Shown: positions 29,167-38,156, counted from the stretch's first letter. The stretch: DNA of 64,000 bases from Alphaproteobacteria bacterium (GCA_965205265.1 CBDBGH010000003.1:1888001-1952000), one strand, 5' to 3'. Notes: a model not told the origin generated them from the letters alone. Made by a program: numbers and translations.

Positions 29167-29943
29167 TCAGCGCCGGTAGTCGTCCATGCCCGCGCGTTCG
29201 AGCTGGCGCAGCAGGGCCGGCCATTCCTTGCCGACCTCGATGAAGCCGCCGGGGCCGTACATCGACTTTCCGGTCGCGATCGTCTTTTCCTGCGTCGCCG
29301 GCGAGATTTCGCGAAGCGGCCCGCCGCCGGTCTGGGCGTCGATCTGGTGGCGGCAGGCCGTCTCGATCCGGTACATCCACACGAACGCCTCGCCCATCGT
29401 CTCGCCCACCGTCAGCAGGCCGTGATTGCGCAACATGAGAATGCGCCGGTCGCCCAGGTCGCGCACGATCCGCGGCCGCTCGTCCGTGTCCGTCGCCGTG
29501 CCCTCGAAGTCGTGGTAGCCGAGCCAGCCCATGACGGTCAGCGCCTTCTGGCTCGCCGGCAGCAGGCCGTGCTCCTGCATGGCGACGGCGACCCCGTATC
29601 GCGAGTGGGTGTGCATGATGAAATGCAGGTGCGGCATGGCCGTGTGGATGGCGCCGTGGATGACGAAGCCGGCGAGGTTGGCGCCGTGGCCCGACTCGCT
29701 CTGAACATTGCCCTCCCGGTCCACCACGATCAGCGAGGAGGCCGTGATTTCCTCGAAGAACATGCCGAAGGGGTTCAGCAGGAAAGAATCGTCCGTGCCC
29801 GGCAGGCGCGCCGAAATGTGGGTGTTGTTGAGGTCCGTCCAGCCGTAGAGCGCGCAGAGGCGATAGGCCGCGGCAAGGTCGCACCGCGCCTCCCATTCCC
29901 CGGCGCTCATGCCGACGGGCCTTCCGTCCGCGAACGTATCCAT
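29167..29943 (-). CDS. Class II aldolase/adducin-family protein
   Basis: RCDLAAAYRL, NTHISAR, FLLNPFG, IHGAIH, MHTHS, LRNHGLL. Confidence 0.92.
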   Translation of the reverse strand: MDTFADGRPVGMSAGEWEARCDLAAAYRLCALYGWTDLNNTHISARLPGTDDSFLLNPFGMFFEEITASSLIVVDREGNVQSESGHGANLAGFVIHGAIHTAMPHLHFIMHTHSRYGVAVAMQEHGLLPASQKALTVMGWLGYHDFEGTATDTDERPRIVRDLGDRRILMLRNHGLLTVGETMGEAFVWMYRIETACRHQIDAQTGGGPLREISPATQEKTIATGKSMYGPGGFIEVGKEWPALLRQLERAGMDDYRR

Positions 29944-30016
29944 ATCCGCCGCCTCCTCGTCAGGACAGGCGGAGCATACCCCCTGCCCCGGCGTTCCGGC
30001 AAAGCGGAACGGACCG

Positions 30017-31111
30017 CTACAGGCAGCGAAGCCGGCTGTCGATATCCGTCCAGTCGATATAGAAGCCGCGCAGCCAGCGCTCGCCGGTCGAGGGGTCGAA
30101 GGCGTCGCGCCCGTGCAGCACACGGCGGTTGTCGAACGCGACCATGGACCCGGTCTCGAGCAGGGTGTGGACCGTGAGCGCCGGGCGGCGGGTGATGGCC
30201 ATGAACCGCCGCCACGCCGCGTAATATGCGCGCGTTTCCGCAGGGTCGGCGTCGAGCTGCATTTCGTCCGCCGTGGCCGGGCTGACGGCGACCTCGACCA
30301 GCCGGCCCTCGCGGTCCACTGTCAGCGCCGGGCGGCTTCGGCGGATATCCGCCGCATCGTCGCTGAAGCGGAACGGCACCGGCCGGCGGGCAAGCAGGTC
30401 GAAATCGCCCGGGGCTTCCTCGCGCAGGATTTCCGCGGCGCGGAAACCGTCCACAAACAGGCTCGCGCCCCCCGTCGCAGCGTTGCGCACGCAATGCAGG
30501 CACTGGACGCCGGGCGGCGTTTCGAAATATGGCAGGTCGGTGTGCGGCGGCAGGGCGTAGGCCGTATAGGCGAGGCTGTTCGGCTTCGGGCGGGTGCGGA
30601 CCTCGAAAATGCGCCCGAAATAGGTTTCCTGGATAGGCCCGATGCGCGCGCCGAAGGCGGGGCCTGCTTCCGGGTCCTCGCCCAGCCCTTCCACCAGCGC
30701 TAGGCCGTAGCGCTTCAGGTCCGTCAGGAACGCCCCGAGGTCGCCGTCCGTCTTGTGGCGGGGCAGCCGCCCTGCAAGCGAAGCGTCCCAGAGTTCCGGA
30801 GGAATCGCCGCCGCGTCGGGCCGGGTCGGCGCGCCCGGCCGGCGGGCGGCGAGCCAGTCCATCGGCACGATGCTCTCGCCTGCGCTGTCCGGCCAGCGCA
30901 CGACCAGCGCATCGCCGTTGAGTTCGACGGCCTCGGGGCGAATATCGGGCGAGACCCCGACCAGGTCGAACAGCCGCTCGCGCGTGTCCGGGTCGAACGC
31001 GCCGGGCTCGTTGACACGCATCCAAATCCACGGAAACCGCGTCGACTCACCGCCGGGCCAGCGGACCTCCAGGTCCAGTTCGTCATGCGTGATCGCGTAG
31101 GCGTTCATCAT
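30017..31111 (-). CDS. Gamma-butyrobetaine/trimethyllysine hydroxylase-like TauD dioxygenase
   Basis: N-terminal GBBH-like domain (FPWIWMRVN), LAYT..LPPHTDLPY, DNRRVLHGR. Confidence 0.85.
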   Translation of the reverse strand: MMNAYAITHDELDLEVRWPGGESTRFPWIWMRVNEPGAFDPDTRERLFDLVGVSPDIRPEAVELNGDALVVRWPDSAGESIVPMDWLAARRPGAPTRPDAAAIPPELWDASLAGRLPRHKTDGDLGAFLTDLKRYGLALVEGLGEDPEAGPAFGARIGPIQETYFGRIFEVRTRPKPNSLAYTAYALPPHTDLPYFETPPGVQCLHCVRNAATGGASLFVDGFRAAEILREEAPGDFDLLARRPVPFRFSDDAADIRRSRPALTVDREGRLVEVAVSPATADEMQLDADPAETRAYYAAWRRFMAITRRPALTVHTLLETGSMVAFDNRRVLHGRDAFDPSTGERWLRGFYIDWTDIDSRLRCL

Positions 31112-31387
31112 CGGGCCTCCGTTCGCGCGGGCATCTTGCGGTCGGGACTTGCGATTGGCGCAGGCGGAAAAGGACAGGGCGAAGGGCGACGGGAACCGGA
31201 GAGCAGCGACATGGCGATCCCACCTCCCATAACAGCCCGGCCGCCTGCATGCGGCGCCGGTTGTCGGTGCTGGAGAAAGAATCGCCCGCGACAGCGGGTA
31301 TTCACTTGTCGCGATGCGACCGCGCTTGAGCCCGGATGCGACTTCCGGACGGAAAAAATGCCAGAGAAGCCGCAGCGGCCCCAATCG

Positions 31388-31410
31388 CCTGCCCCCGCGA
31401 AAGCGGGGGC
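31388..31410. repeat. REP-like hairpin CCTGCCCCCGCGAAAGCGGGGG
   Basis: GAAA-loop palindrome of a common alphaproteobacterial REP type. Confidence 0.6.
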
Positions 31411-31723
31411 CGCCCCGGACGCCGGGAGCTTGCGGCGTGTCATGGGATGTCGCAACTGCCCAGGATGCCGGTCCTAGAGCACGATTCCGCGGCGTCGCTT
31501 TGCGGCCGGAGGCCGGCACCCCTCTTGCGTCACCCCGGACGGCGCGCCAGCGCCGAGCCGGGGTCTCCGCGCGAAGGGTTGCCCCTGTTGCACAAGGCCC
31601 CGGATCGGGGTCCGGGGCGACGCAAAAGGAGCACCGAGCCTGCACTGGGCAGTTACGGAATGTCATGTTTGGGGATTACAAAGATGACTTGACGCTTGCC
31701 GCAACTCCTGCCAGCGTCGCGGG

Positions 31724-32209
31724 ATGGATACCATCGAAGAAGCTGTCGTACAGTTCATCGTCCGCGAAGCCACGTCCCATGGGTTCCGTCATCTGGCATG
31801 GCTCGGCTTCCTTGGAATATTGACCATGTTCTTTGGGCGACGATGGCGGCAAATGCGGCGCGACATAGAATGTTTGAAGAAGACGGTGGGGGCGCCTTCA
31901 CCGCAAGTCGCTATGCCAGCCCTCGTCCAGACCTACATTTTCAATGCCGCCGATCCCGACCGCGAGCGCCAGCTTCGAGACGCGATAGAGTCAGAGACCG
32001 TTCGCGGCTTACAAGACACGGTCAGGCGTCTTCCTCAATTTCCGCTCGGCGACGGCCACAGTTACGCCCCGCTACCGGACGGCACGAACATTGTGACGAT
32101 GGCTGACGGCACAATGCGGCTTGCGTTGCCTGCGGAGGTTTCGTTTGAGGCTTCTGCTGGACTCCCAGAGGTCAGATTTTCTCCGGTTGGGGAACACAGC
32201 GATGCGTAG
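31724..32209 (+). CDS. Hypothetical protein with N-terminal TM helix (IS1595 cargo)
   Basis: 161-aa ORF inside the IS; hydrophobic LAWLGFLGILTMFFG. Confidence 0.55.
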   Translation: MDTIEEAVVQFIVREATSHGFRHLAWLGFLGILTMFFGRRWRQMRRDIECLKKTVGAPSPQVAMPALVQTYIFNAADPDRERQLRDAIESETVRGLQDTVRRLPQFPLGDGHSYAPLPDGTNIVTMADGTMRLALPAEVSFEASAGLPEVRFSPVGEHSDA

Positions 32210-32285
32210 CTTGCTTCCGCTGCCCCTCTGTGCCGGGGAGGCTCCCCGAGGGGGAGGAACAGGACCCTCGGGGAACCGGACCCGG

Positions 32286-33119
32286 CTATTGTCGAGTCAA
32301 CGAAAACGCGCCTGCGATTCCGCTGCGCTCGAACACGCCGCCGGCCTCTTCGTGATTCGGGCCGTAGAACCGTCCCTCAAGCCCACCGCTGCCGCTGAAC
32401 TCACCACCCCGCATCGAGATGCCTTGCCAGCTAATGTCGCTGCTGCGAGTGCCGGAAGTGTCGGCAATGTTCGTGAACGCGAGGTCGAGGGTCTCCGCCG
32501 CAAGGTTGGCGGTCATCGCTGCGTCGCCAGTGACTTCTCGGCCGAGACTCGAACTGCCGACCCTCACGCCGGCCATCGCGCCTGTCCATATCGCGCTGCC
32601 GGAGACCGGGTTCGACCCGCTGCCCATCCCGAGGGACGCGGGAAAGGCGAACTGGACGTCAACGCCTTGAATGGTCGTCGAGCCGCGAAGCGGCGTCCCG
32701 GCGTTGTAGTTTCCCCAAACGCCGAAGGTGTTGAAGTTGAAGCCATCACCGCTGGCGGTCGCCCGGCCTGTCTGTACACCGTTGCGAGTCTGCTGGCCGG
32801 TGATCGTCACGGCCGGCCCGTTCGGATCGACATCGCGCAGATCGAGCGTTGCGCTCTCGCCTTGGAATGTCACCGTGCAGGTCGAGCCGCTGCATGATGA
32901 GTTCGCCCGGAACAACGAGCCTTGCACGGCAATGAGTACATCGCCGACAACGACGGTGTCGGGCGCGGCGCCGGGGTCCGTAGGGGTCGTGGGGGCTGGC
33001 GGGTTGCCGGGGCCGGTCGGCCCTCCGTTCATGGCGGTTCCGCCGCCTCCCCCGCCTCCGCAGGATGCGAGAACGAAAACAGCGGCCAACGCCGCCAGAG
33101 TGCGAAAAGTCATGGACAT
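32286..33119 (-). CDS. Surface lipoprotein with TbpB/HphA-like C-terminal beta-barrel (IS1595 cargo)
   Basis: Lipobox VLAS-C, Gly/Pro linker, C-terminal GRFYGPNHEEAGGVF..IAGAF. Confidence 0.8.
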   Translation of the reverse strand: MSMTFRTLAALAAVFVLASCGGGGGGGTAMNGGPTGPGNPPAPTTPTDPGAAPDTVVVGDVLIAVQGSLFRANSSCSGSTCTVTFQGESATLDLRDVDPNGPAVTITGQQTRNGVQTGRATASGDGFNFNTFGVWGNYNAGTPLRGSTTIQGVDVQFAFPASLGMGSGSNPVSGSAIWTGAMAGVRVGSSSLGREVTGDAAMTANLAAETLDLAFTNIADTSGTRSSDISWQGISMRGGEFSGSGGLEGRFYGPNHEEAGGVFERSGIAGAFSLTRQ

Positions 33120-33288
33120 TCCCTTCCTGTTACACCCAGCGGAGTCGCCGGGCTGTTGCAGACATTCCCAGGAATCTGGAAGGTCCCCGCCTATTCGCCG
33201 GGTGCAGGGGAGCTACCCCAACACCGGGTTCCGGCTGTTCTATTCAGCGGGCAACCCGGCACAGGCCGAGAGCCCTAGGAATGTCTGC
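33115..33288 (-). promoter_or_regulatory. Structured 5' leader of the cargo lipoprotein
   Basis: 15-bp stem between 33274-33288 and 33158-33172; GGGAATGTC repeated over the RBS/start at 33115-33123. Confidence 0.45.
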
Positions 33289-33360
33289 GAGAGTCAGTTT
33301 GCGGGGGGAAAATCATGGATGCAAGCGGGGTATAGACAGGACCAAGAAGGAGTATCGGCC

Positions 33361-33570
33361 ATGACCAGAGGCGTTCCGGTGCTGGACCCGAAGGTTCACC
33401 TTGTCGGCGCAACGCCGGTGGCGCTCGCGCAGGCGCTGTTCCGCAACAAGAACCCGGCGCTACGCCCGGCCCGCGTTCGACAGGCCGTTGTCAGCGACGA
33501 GGTCGCGATAGAGAAGCCGGCGGCCGACGAAGCGGGCGACAGTGTCCCGCATCTGGGCGAGGGTTCCTGA
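33361..33570 (+). CDS. Small hypothetical protein convergent with and overlapping the transposase 3' end
   Basis: AAGGAG RBS; MTRGVPVLDPKVHLVGATPVALAQALFR. Confidence 0.45.
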   Translation: MTRGVPVLDPKVHLVGATPVALAQALFRNKNPALRPARVRQAVVSDEVAIEKPAADEAGDSVPHLGEGS

Positions 33571-34437
33571 GTCCCTGATGTTGTGCTTGCCGGCAAACTC
33601 ATCGGCATACCGATGCAGGTGCTTCGGGCTCATCTTGTGGAAGGTGCCCTTGTGAGCGCGCTTGAGCATCGACCAGAACGACTCCATGCCGTTGGTGTGG
33701 ATCATGCCGTCCACATATTCACCGACGCGGTGGTTGACCGACTCATGGGCGAAATCCGTACCGAGACCGACATAGCTGCGGTGTTCGTCGGTATAGACGG
33801 CCGCGCCGGGCTCTGCGTGTTCGCGCACGAAGCCTTGCAAAGTCGGCTTCTTCGTATCCGGCACGACTTCGACGCGGACCTCATTACTGTCGCGGTCCTT
33901 CATGCCGACAACCGCCGTCATGTGGGCCGTGCCTCCGCTTGTGAGCGTCTTGCGCTTCGCCTTCGGCATATTGACCTGACGACCGCCGAAATACGACTCG
34001 TCCACTTCTACCGGGCCGTCAAACTGCTCGTCGTCATCTTCAGCCCATGCCTGCCGGATGCGGTGAAGCATGAACCATGCGGTCGGCTGCGAAACGCCGA
34101 TGTCCCGCTGGAGTTTCATAGACGAAACCGACTTGAGCGAAGTCAGGACAAGGTAGATGGCAATCGCCCACTTGCGGAGCGAGACTTTCGACCGCTGCAT
34201 GGGCGTCCCGGTGCGGACAGAGAAGTAAGACCGACAGCCGCCGCACCAGTAGGGCATCGGCTTGCGGTTCTTCGTCTCCGTCGTCTCGGCATTGCCGCAA
34301 TGCGGGCAGTGCCGTCCCTTCGGCCAGATCGCTTCCTCGAACCATGCGGTCGCGGTCGCTTCATCGGGGAACATGTCAAACAGTTCAGGCAGCGTCAGCC
34401 CTTCGCGGTCGGCTCTTCCGGGGGCTTTCTTCGTCAC
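33460..34437 (-). CDS. IS1595-family transposase
   Basis: Zinc finger CPHCG..WCGGCRSYFSVRTGT; VEVDESYFGG; YTDE; HTNGMESFWSMLKR. Confidence 0.95.
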   Translation of the reverse strand: MTKKAPGRADREGLTLPELFDMFPDEATATAWFEEAIWPKGRHCPHCGNAETTETKNRKPMPYWCGGCRSYFSVRTGTPMQRSKVSLRKWAIAIYLVLTSLKSVSSMKLQRDIGVSQPTAWFMLHRIRQAWAEDDDEQFDGPVEVDESYFGGRQVNMPKAKRKTLTSGGTAHMTAVVGMKDRDSNEVRVEVVPDTKKPTLQGFVREHAEPGAAVYTDEHRSYVGLGTDFAHESVNHRVGEYVDGMIHTNGMESFWSMLKRAHKGTFHKMSPKHLHRYADEFAGKHNIRDSGTLAQMRDTVARFVGRRLLYRDLVADNGLSNAGRA

Positions 34438-34488
34438 GGGCGCGTCTCCCTTCAACACTCTGGAATATAGGGAGGATTGCAGCCCATG

Positions 34489-35424
34489 TCAAGTCATCTT
34501 TGTAATCCCCTCATGTTTTGTCATGGTCGGGTGCGAAACCGGGGTTTCGGGGCGGGTTGAAGGGGGCGGCCCATTCTCGAGCCGGTTGAGGCTGTCGGCC
34601 TGGCGGCGTTCGATGTTTTCCGGCGACCAGGGGTCGTGGATCTCGGCATAGCCGTTGCGGCGCTGGTAGAGCCAGTCGGTTTCCGCGCCCTCGGCCCTCT
34701 CCTCCTCGCCCGGGCGGTCGCCGTCGGCCCACTCGCCGGGGAACCGCTCCGGGTCGTAGGTGTCTTCGGGCGGGTCGTCAGCGAGGGGCAGGTCGTTTGC
34801 CGGAGGCGGCGGCGGGTCGAAGCGGACGGGCAGGCTCTCGCGCTCCTCGACGGCCGCCATGAGCCTTGCGGCAAGCTGCGCATGGGCGGCCCCGCCGAAG
34901 CCTTCCCCTGCCTCCATCGCCTCCCTGTTCCCGCAATGGCGGGCAAGGGCGCGCTCGGCGCGGGCACGGCCATTGCGCACGGCTTCGGCGAGGGGTCCCG
35001 GCACGGTGCCGGCCTCCTGCGCCTCGCCGGCCTCGATCTCCCCGAACTCGTCCTCCTCCGGCATCGACCAGAGCGCCGCCCGGTTGGCCGGCTGCGTCAG
35101 CCCCGCAATCTCCGCCTGGAAGCGGACGATCCGGACCATCATGTAGGCAGAGCCGCTCGCCACCGCCGCATCCCAGGCCTGCTCCAGGCGGGCGAGCACG
35201 ATCTGCGCCTCGTCCCTCTCGGTGCGCCGCCACGACATGCGGATGCGCCGCACCCGCTCGACGATCCAGGGGCGTTCCAGCAGGGCGGAGCCGGTCTGCC
35301 TTGCGGAGCGTTCGGCATAGCCGGCGCGCCTTGCGGCGTCTGCGGCATTGCCGGAGGCTGTGTAGTGGCGGCAGAAGGCTTCCTGCCGTGAGGAAAGGGA
35401 GAGGGTCGGGTCGAGCACGGGCAT
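34489..35424 (-). CDS. Orphan terminase small subunit-like protein with long acidic tail; 3' end interrupted by IS1595 (original end HDIP-stop at 31653-31670)
   Basis: LSSRQEAFCRHY..GNAADAARRAGYAERSARQTGSALL resembles the TerS HTH signature; GAAGGAG RBS. Confidence 0.75.
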   Translation of the reverse strand: MPVLDPTLSLSSRQEAFCRHYTASGNAADAARRAGYAERSARQTGSALLERPWIVERVRRIRMSWRRTERDEAQIVLARLEQAWDAAVASGSAYMMVRIVRFQAEIAGLTQPANRAALWSMPEEDEFGEIEAGEAQEAGTVPGPLAEAVRNGRARAERALARHCGNREAMEAGEGFGGAAHAQLAARLMAAVEERESLPVRFDPPPPPANDLPLADDPPEDTYDPERFPGEWADGDRPGEEERAEGAETDWLYQRRNGYAEIHDPWSPENIERRQADSLNRLENGPPPSTRPETPVSHPTMTKHEGITKMT

Positions 35425-35482
35425 GGGTGCGGCTCCTTCGTTCCGGTTCGCGTTCATCCGGCACACTGCCCCGGCGGGGAGC

Positions 35483-35675
35483 GACCCTTATTCGCGCGTC
35501 ATCCTGCGCGGGCGCCTGTGCGCGGGCGGGCGCGTTTCGCGGCGGCGCGGTTCGCGCGCCTGATTGCCCGCGCGCGAGGCAGGCTGAGGACGCACTTCGC
35601 CTGTCGGCTGAATCGGGGTCGTTCCGCACCGGGCCGGCGCGGGCGGGAAGCGGTCCGCGCGGACTCCACTCCCTC
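35483..35675 (-). ncRNA. Candidate structured leader/ncRNA, copy 2 (5' UTR of the TerS-like gene)
   Basis: Collinear with 8884-9086; pair-preserving substitutions in several stems. Confidence 0.55.
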
Positions 35676-35680
35676 GGACC

Positions 35681-35708
35681 ATCATAGCACATTTTCTGAA
35701 AATGCAAG
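35681..35708 (-). promoter_or_regulatory. Putative promoter CTTGCAT-N15-TATGAT with extended -10 TG
   Basis: Homologous to 8840-8867; AT-rich upstream tract. Confidence 0.55.
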
Positions 35709-35863
35709 TCATATAGAGAAATATTACATAATTTTTACGAACAATTTGCTCCCTGTATCGACCGGCCGCCGGATTCATGCCGGATTGCGCCAGCGGCGCC
35801 CTGCTCCGGCCTAGTGCGGTATCCGCCCGGTGTGAAACGAGGAGCGCTTCCATCCGGGGGTCT

Positions 35864-35996
35864 ATCCTTCGATACGCCTCCCTCCGGTCGGCTACTCAGG
35901 ATGAGGGGAGGGGCGCGCAGGAGCGACCAGCCTTCATCTTCCCCTCATCCTGAGTAGCGCCGGCCTTCGCCCCGCGAAGGACGGCGCGTATCGAAG
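35864..35996. repeat. REP-like pair (CCTTCGATACG..CTACTCAGGATGAGG / CCTCATCCTGAGTAG..CGTATCGAAG); right end continues at 38243
   Basis: Inverted repeats read directly. Confidence 0.75.
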
Positions 35997-36072
35997 GGGG
36001 CTTATATGGATAGGTTGACAACAGGTTTGGGAGGCTTCGCACCTTCTCTCCGGCGTCCAACCCGCCCCCATA

Positions 36073-36161
36073 TCGTCATACCCGGACTTGCTCCGGGTAT
36101 CCATGCGGCCGTCCGGCGGCAGCGGTGGAGAGAGATACCCGGAACAAGTCCGGGTATGACG
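36073..36161. repeat. REP-like palindrome GTCATACCCGGACTTG..CAAGTCCGGGTATGAC
   Basis: Same family as the 10.9-11.3 kb cluster. Confidence 0.85.
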
Positions 36162-36240
36162 GAGGGGACGTGACGGAGGGGGCGTTGAGGTATGACGGAA
36201 GAAATGTCGTCGGTCTCCCCCGTCAACCTATCTTTGTAAT

Positions 36241-38156
36241 CCTGACTTCGACGGTTGGGCTGACTTCTGACCGATCTCGCGTCTGGAGTTTTCAGTAAAG
36301 CCAATGAGTTGGCAGTTGCGGTGCGGTCAAGCTGCGTTGTAGTGCCTAGTAAATCTTTGAGACTGTCAATGCCTCCGCCACGCGCTACACTCCCCCCATG
36401 TTCGTGCGCATCAAGACCTCCCCCAACAGCCCGCGACGCTCGGTCCAGATCGTCGAGGCCGTGCGCGACGGCGGCAAGGTCCGACAGCGCATCGTCCGCC
36501 ATGTCGGCGTGGCCATGGACGAGGACGAGCTCGAGCGCCTGAGGCAGCTCGGCGAGTACGTCAAGGCGAAGCTGGAGGACGAGCGTCAGCCGGCATTGTT
36601 TGCGCCCGAGAAGATCGCTGAGCAGGCGATCCGTGTCGGCCGCCGGGGGGACGGCAAGGAGGAACTCCCGGTCGACCTCAAGCAGCTTGAAGAGGAGCAG
36701 CGCCTGATCACAGGCATCCACGAGGTCTATGGCGAGATCTACCGGCTGCTGGGCCTCGACGCGCTGCTGCCGCGCTCGCGCTACCGGGCCTCCCATGACG
36801 CGCTGTTCCATGTGGTGATGGCGCGGGTAGCCAACCCCGACAGCAAGCGGGGCAGCGTGCGCCGGCTCGAGGAGGACTTCGGCGTGAGTCTTCCGCTCGA
36901 GAAGGTCTACCGGATGATGGATCAGCTCGACGCGACGGTGATCGAGCGACTGCGCACGCGCGTCGGCGAGGCGAGCCGGTCGCTGCTGCCGGAGCCGGTC
37001 GCGATCCTCTTCTTCGATTGCACCACGCTCTACTTCGAGACGGCCGCCGAGGACGAGCTTCGCCAGCACGGCTTCAGCAAGGACGGCAAACACAAGGACT
37101 CGCAGGTTCTGCTGGCGCTGATGGTGACGCGCGAAGGGCTGCCGATCAGCTACGAGGTCTTCCCCGGCGCCACCTACGAGGGACACAGCATGGTCCCGGT
37201 CCTGCAGGACATGCAGCGCCGCCACCAGGTGGAGCGCACGGTATGCGTGGCCGACCGGGGCATGCTGAGCGCCGACAACCTCGACGCCATGGACGCCATC
37301 GGCGGCGAGTATGTCGTCGGCGCGCGGCTGCGCAAGCTGCCGCTCGCGCTGCTGGGGCAGGTTCTCGACCCCGGGACCTATGCCCCGCTGGAGGGCTCAC
37401 AGGACCGCCGGGTCGGCGAGTGGGAGTACAAGGGCCGTCGCCTGATCGTCGTCTTCTGCCCCCAGCGCGCACGCAAGGACGCGCACGAGCGCCGCCATCA
37501 GGTGGAACGCCTGCTCGACAGGCTGGCCCGCAGCGACAATCCCAGGGAACTGCTCTCCAATCACGGGGCGAAGCGCTTCATCGCCGTCGAGGGCGACGCA
37601 CGGCTCACGGTGAACCCGGAGAAGATCGCCGAGGCCGCACGATGGGACGGGCTCACCGGCGTCATCACCAATCTGCGCGACGCGCGCGTCACCGAAGTGA
37701 TGGCTCACTACCAGGGGCTCTGGCAGGTCGAGGAGAGCTTCCGGATCACCAAACACGACCTGAAGATACGTCCCATCTGGCACTGGAACCCGGACCGGAT
37801 CCGCGCTCACATCGCCATCGCCTTCCTGGCCTTCGCCTGCGTTCGACACCTTGCGTACCGCGTCGCCATCCAGAAGCGGCGGATGTCCCCGGAGGTCATC
37901 CGCTCCGCCCTCGTCCACCGCCAGTGCTCCCTGCTGCGCTGTCGGCAATCGGGCAACCGCTACGTCATCCCCTCGAAGCCGACACCGGCGGCGGAGCAGA
38001 TTTACGCAACCATGGGGCTGCCCCTGACGATCACCCCGTATCAACTCGCCTGACCGTCGACGAAGCACGGCTCGAAGAAATGCCGGATGTAGTGCCTAGC
38101 CGAAATGAGAACCAGGCAATATCAACTACTTATGCGAATCAACCGTCGAAGTCAGG
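36241..38156 (+). mobile_element. IS1634-family insertion sequence with 82-bp flanking direct repeats
   Basis: 17-bp TIR CCTGACTTCGACGGTTG; 36159-36240 is identical to 38157-38238. Confidence 0.93.
36398..38053 (+). CDS. IS1634-family transposase
   Basis: LFFDCTTLYFE, GFSKDGKHKDSQV, VADRGMLS, LWQVEESFRITKHDLKIRPIWHW..RIRAHI. Confidence 0.95.
   Translation: MFVRIKTSPNSPRRSVQIVEAVRDGGKVRQRIVRHVGVAMDEDELERLRQLGEYVKAKLEDERQPALFAPEKIAEQAIRVGRRGDGKEELPVDLKQLEEEQRLITGIHEVYGEIYRLLGLDALLPRSRYRASHDALFHVVMARVANPDSKRGSVRRLEEDFGVSLPLEKVYRMMDQLDATVIERLRTRVGEASRSLLPEPVAILFFDCTTLYFETAAEDELRQHGFSKDGKHKDSQVLLALMVTREGLPISYEVFPGATYEGHSMVPVLQDMQRRHQVERTVCVADRGMLSADNLDAMDAIGGEYVVGARLRKLPLALLGQVLDPGTYAPLEGSQDRRVGEWEYKGRRLIVVFCPQRARKDAHERRHQVERLLDRLARSDNPRELLSNHGAKRFIAVEGDARLTVNPEKIAEAARWDGLTGVITNLRDARVTEVMAHYQGLWQVEESFRITKHDLKIRPIWHWNPDRIRAHIAIAFLAFACVRHLAYRVAIQKRRMSPEVIRSALVHRQCSLLRCRQSGNRYVIPSKPTPAAEQIYATMGLPLTITPYQLA

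Larger units (their letters stand above)
26572..29179 (+). pseudogene. rimI: RimI-like GNAT acetyltransferase split by IS66 (5' part 26572-26932, 3' part 29085-29179)
   Basis: Removing the IS restores FLEVAESNGAARALY..GFEPVGRRPGYYRTASGREDALVLRL; follows tsaB. Confidence 0.88.
31671..34510 (-). mobile_element. IS1595-family element carrying passenger genes (2840 bp)
   Basis: Perfect 23-bp TIR GGGGATTACAAAGATGACTTGAC (31671-31693 and 34488-34510); 8-bp TSD TCATGTTT at 31663-31670 and 34511-34518. Confidence 0.95.

Noticed and set aside
34489-35424. Prophage
   Set aside because: No terL, portal, capsid, tail or integrase genes in the neighbourhood
35483-35600. HDV-like ribozyme resemblance of the leader (CAGCCTGCCTCGC..GGGCAA..GCGAAT)
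   Set aside because: I could not build the P1/P3 nested pseudoknot, and the L3-like segment differs in copy 1; a descriptor search would settle it
35580-35620. CTGAGGA as a hammerhead ribozyme core
   Set aside because: No correctly placed stem II plus GAAA, and the motif is not conserved in the 8.9-kb copy
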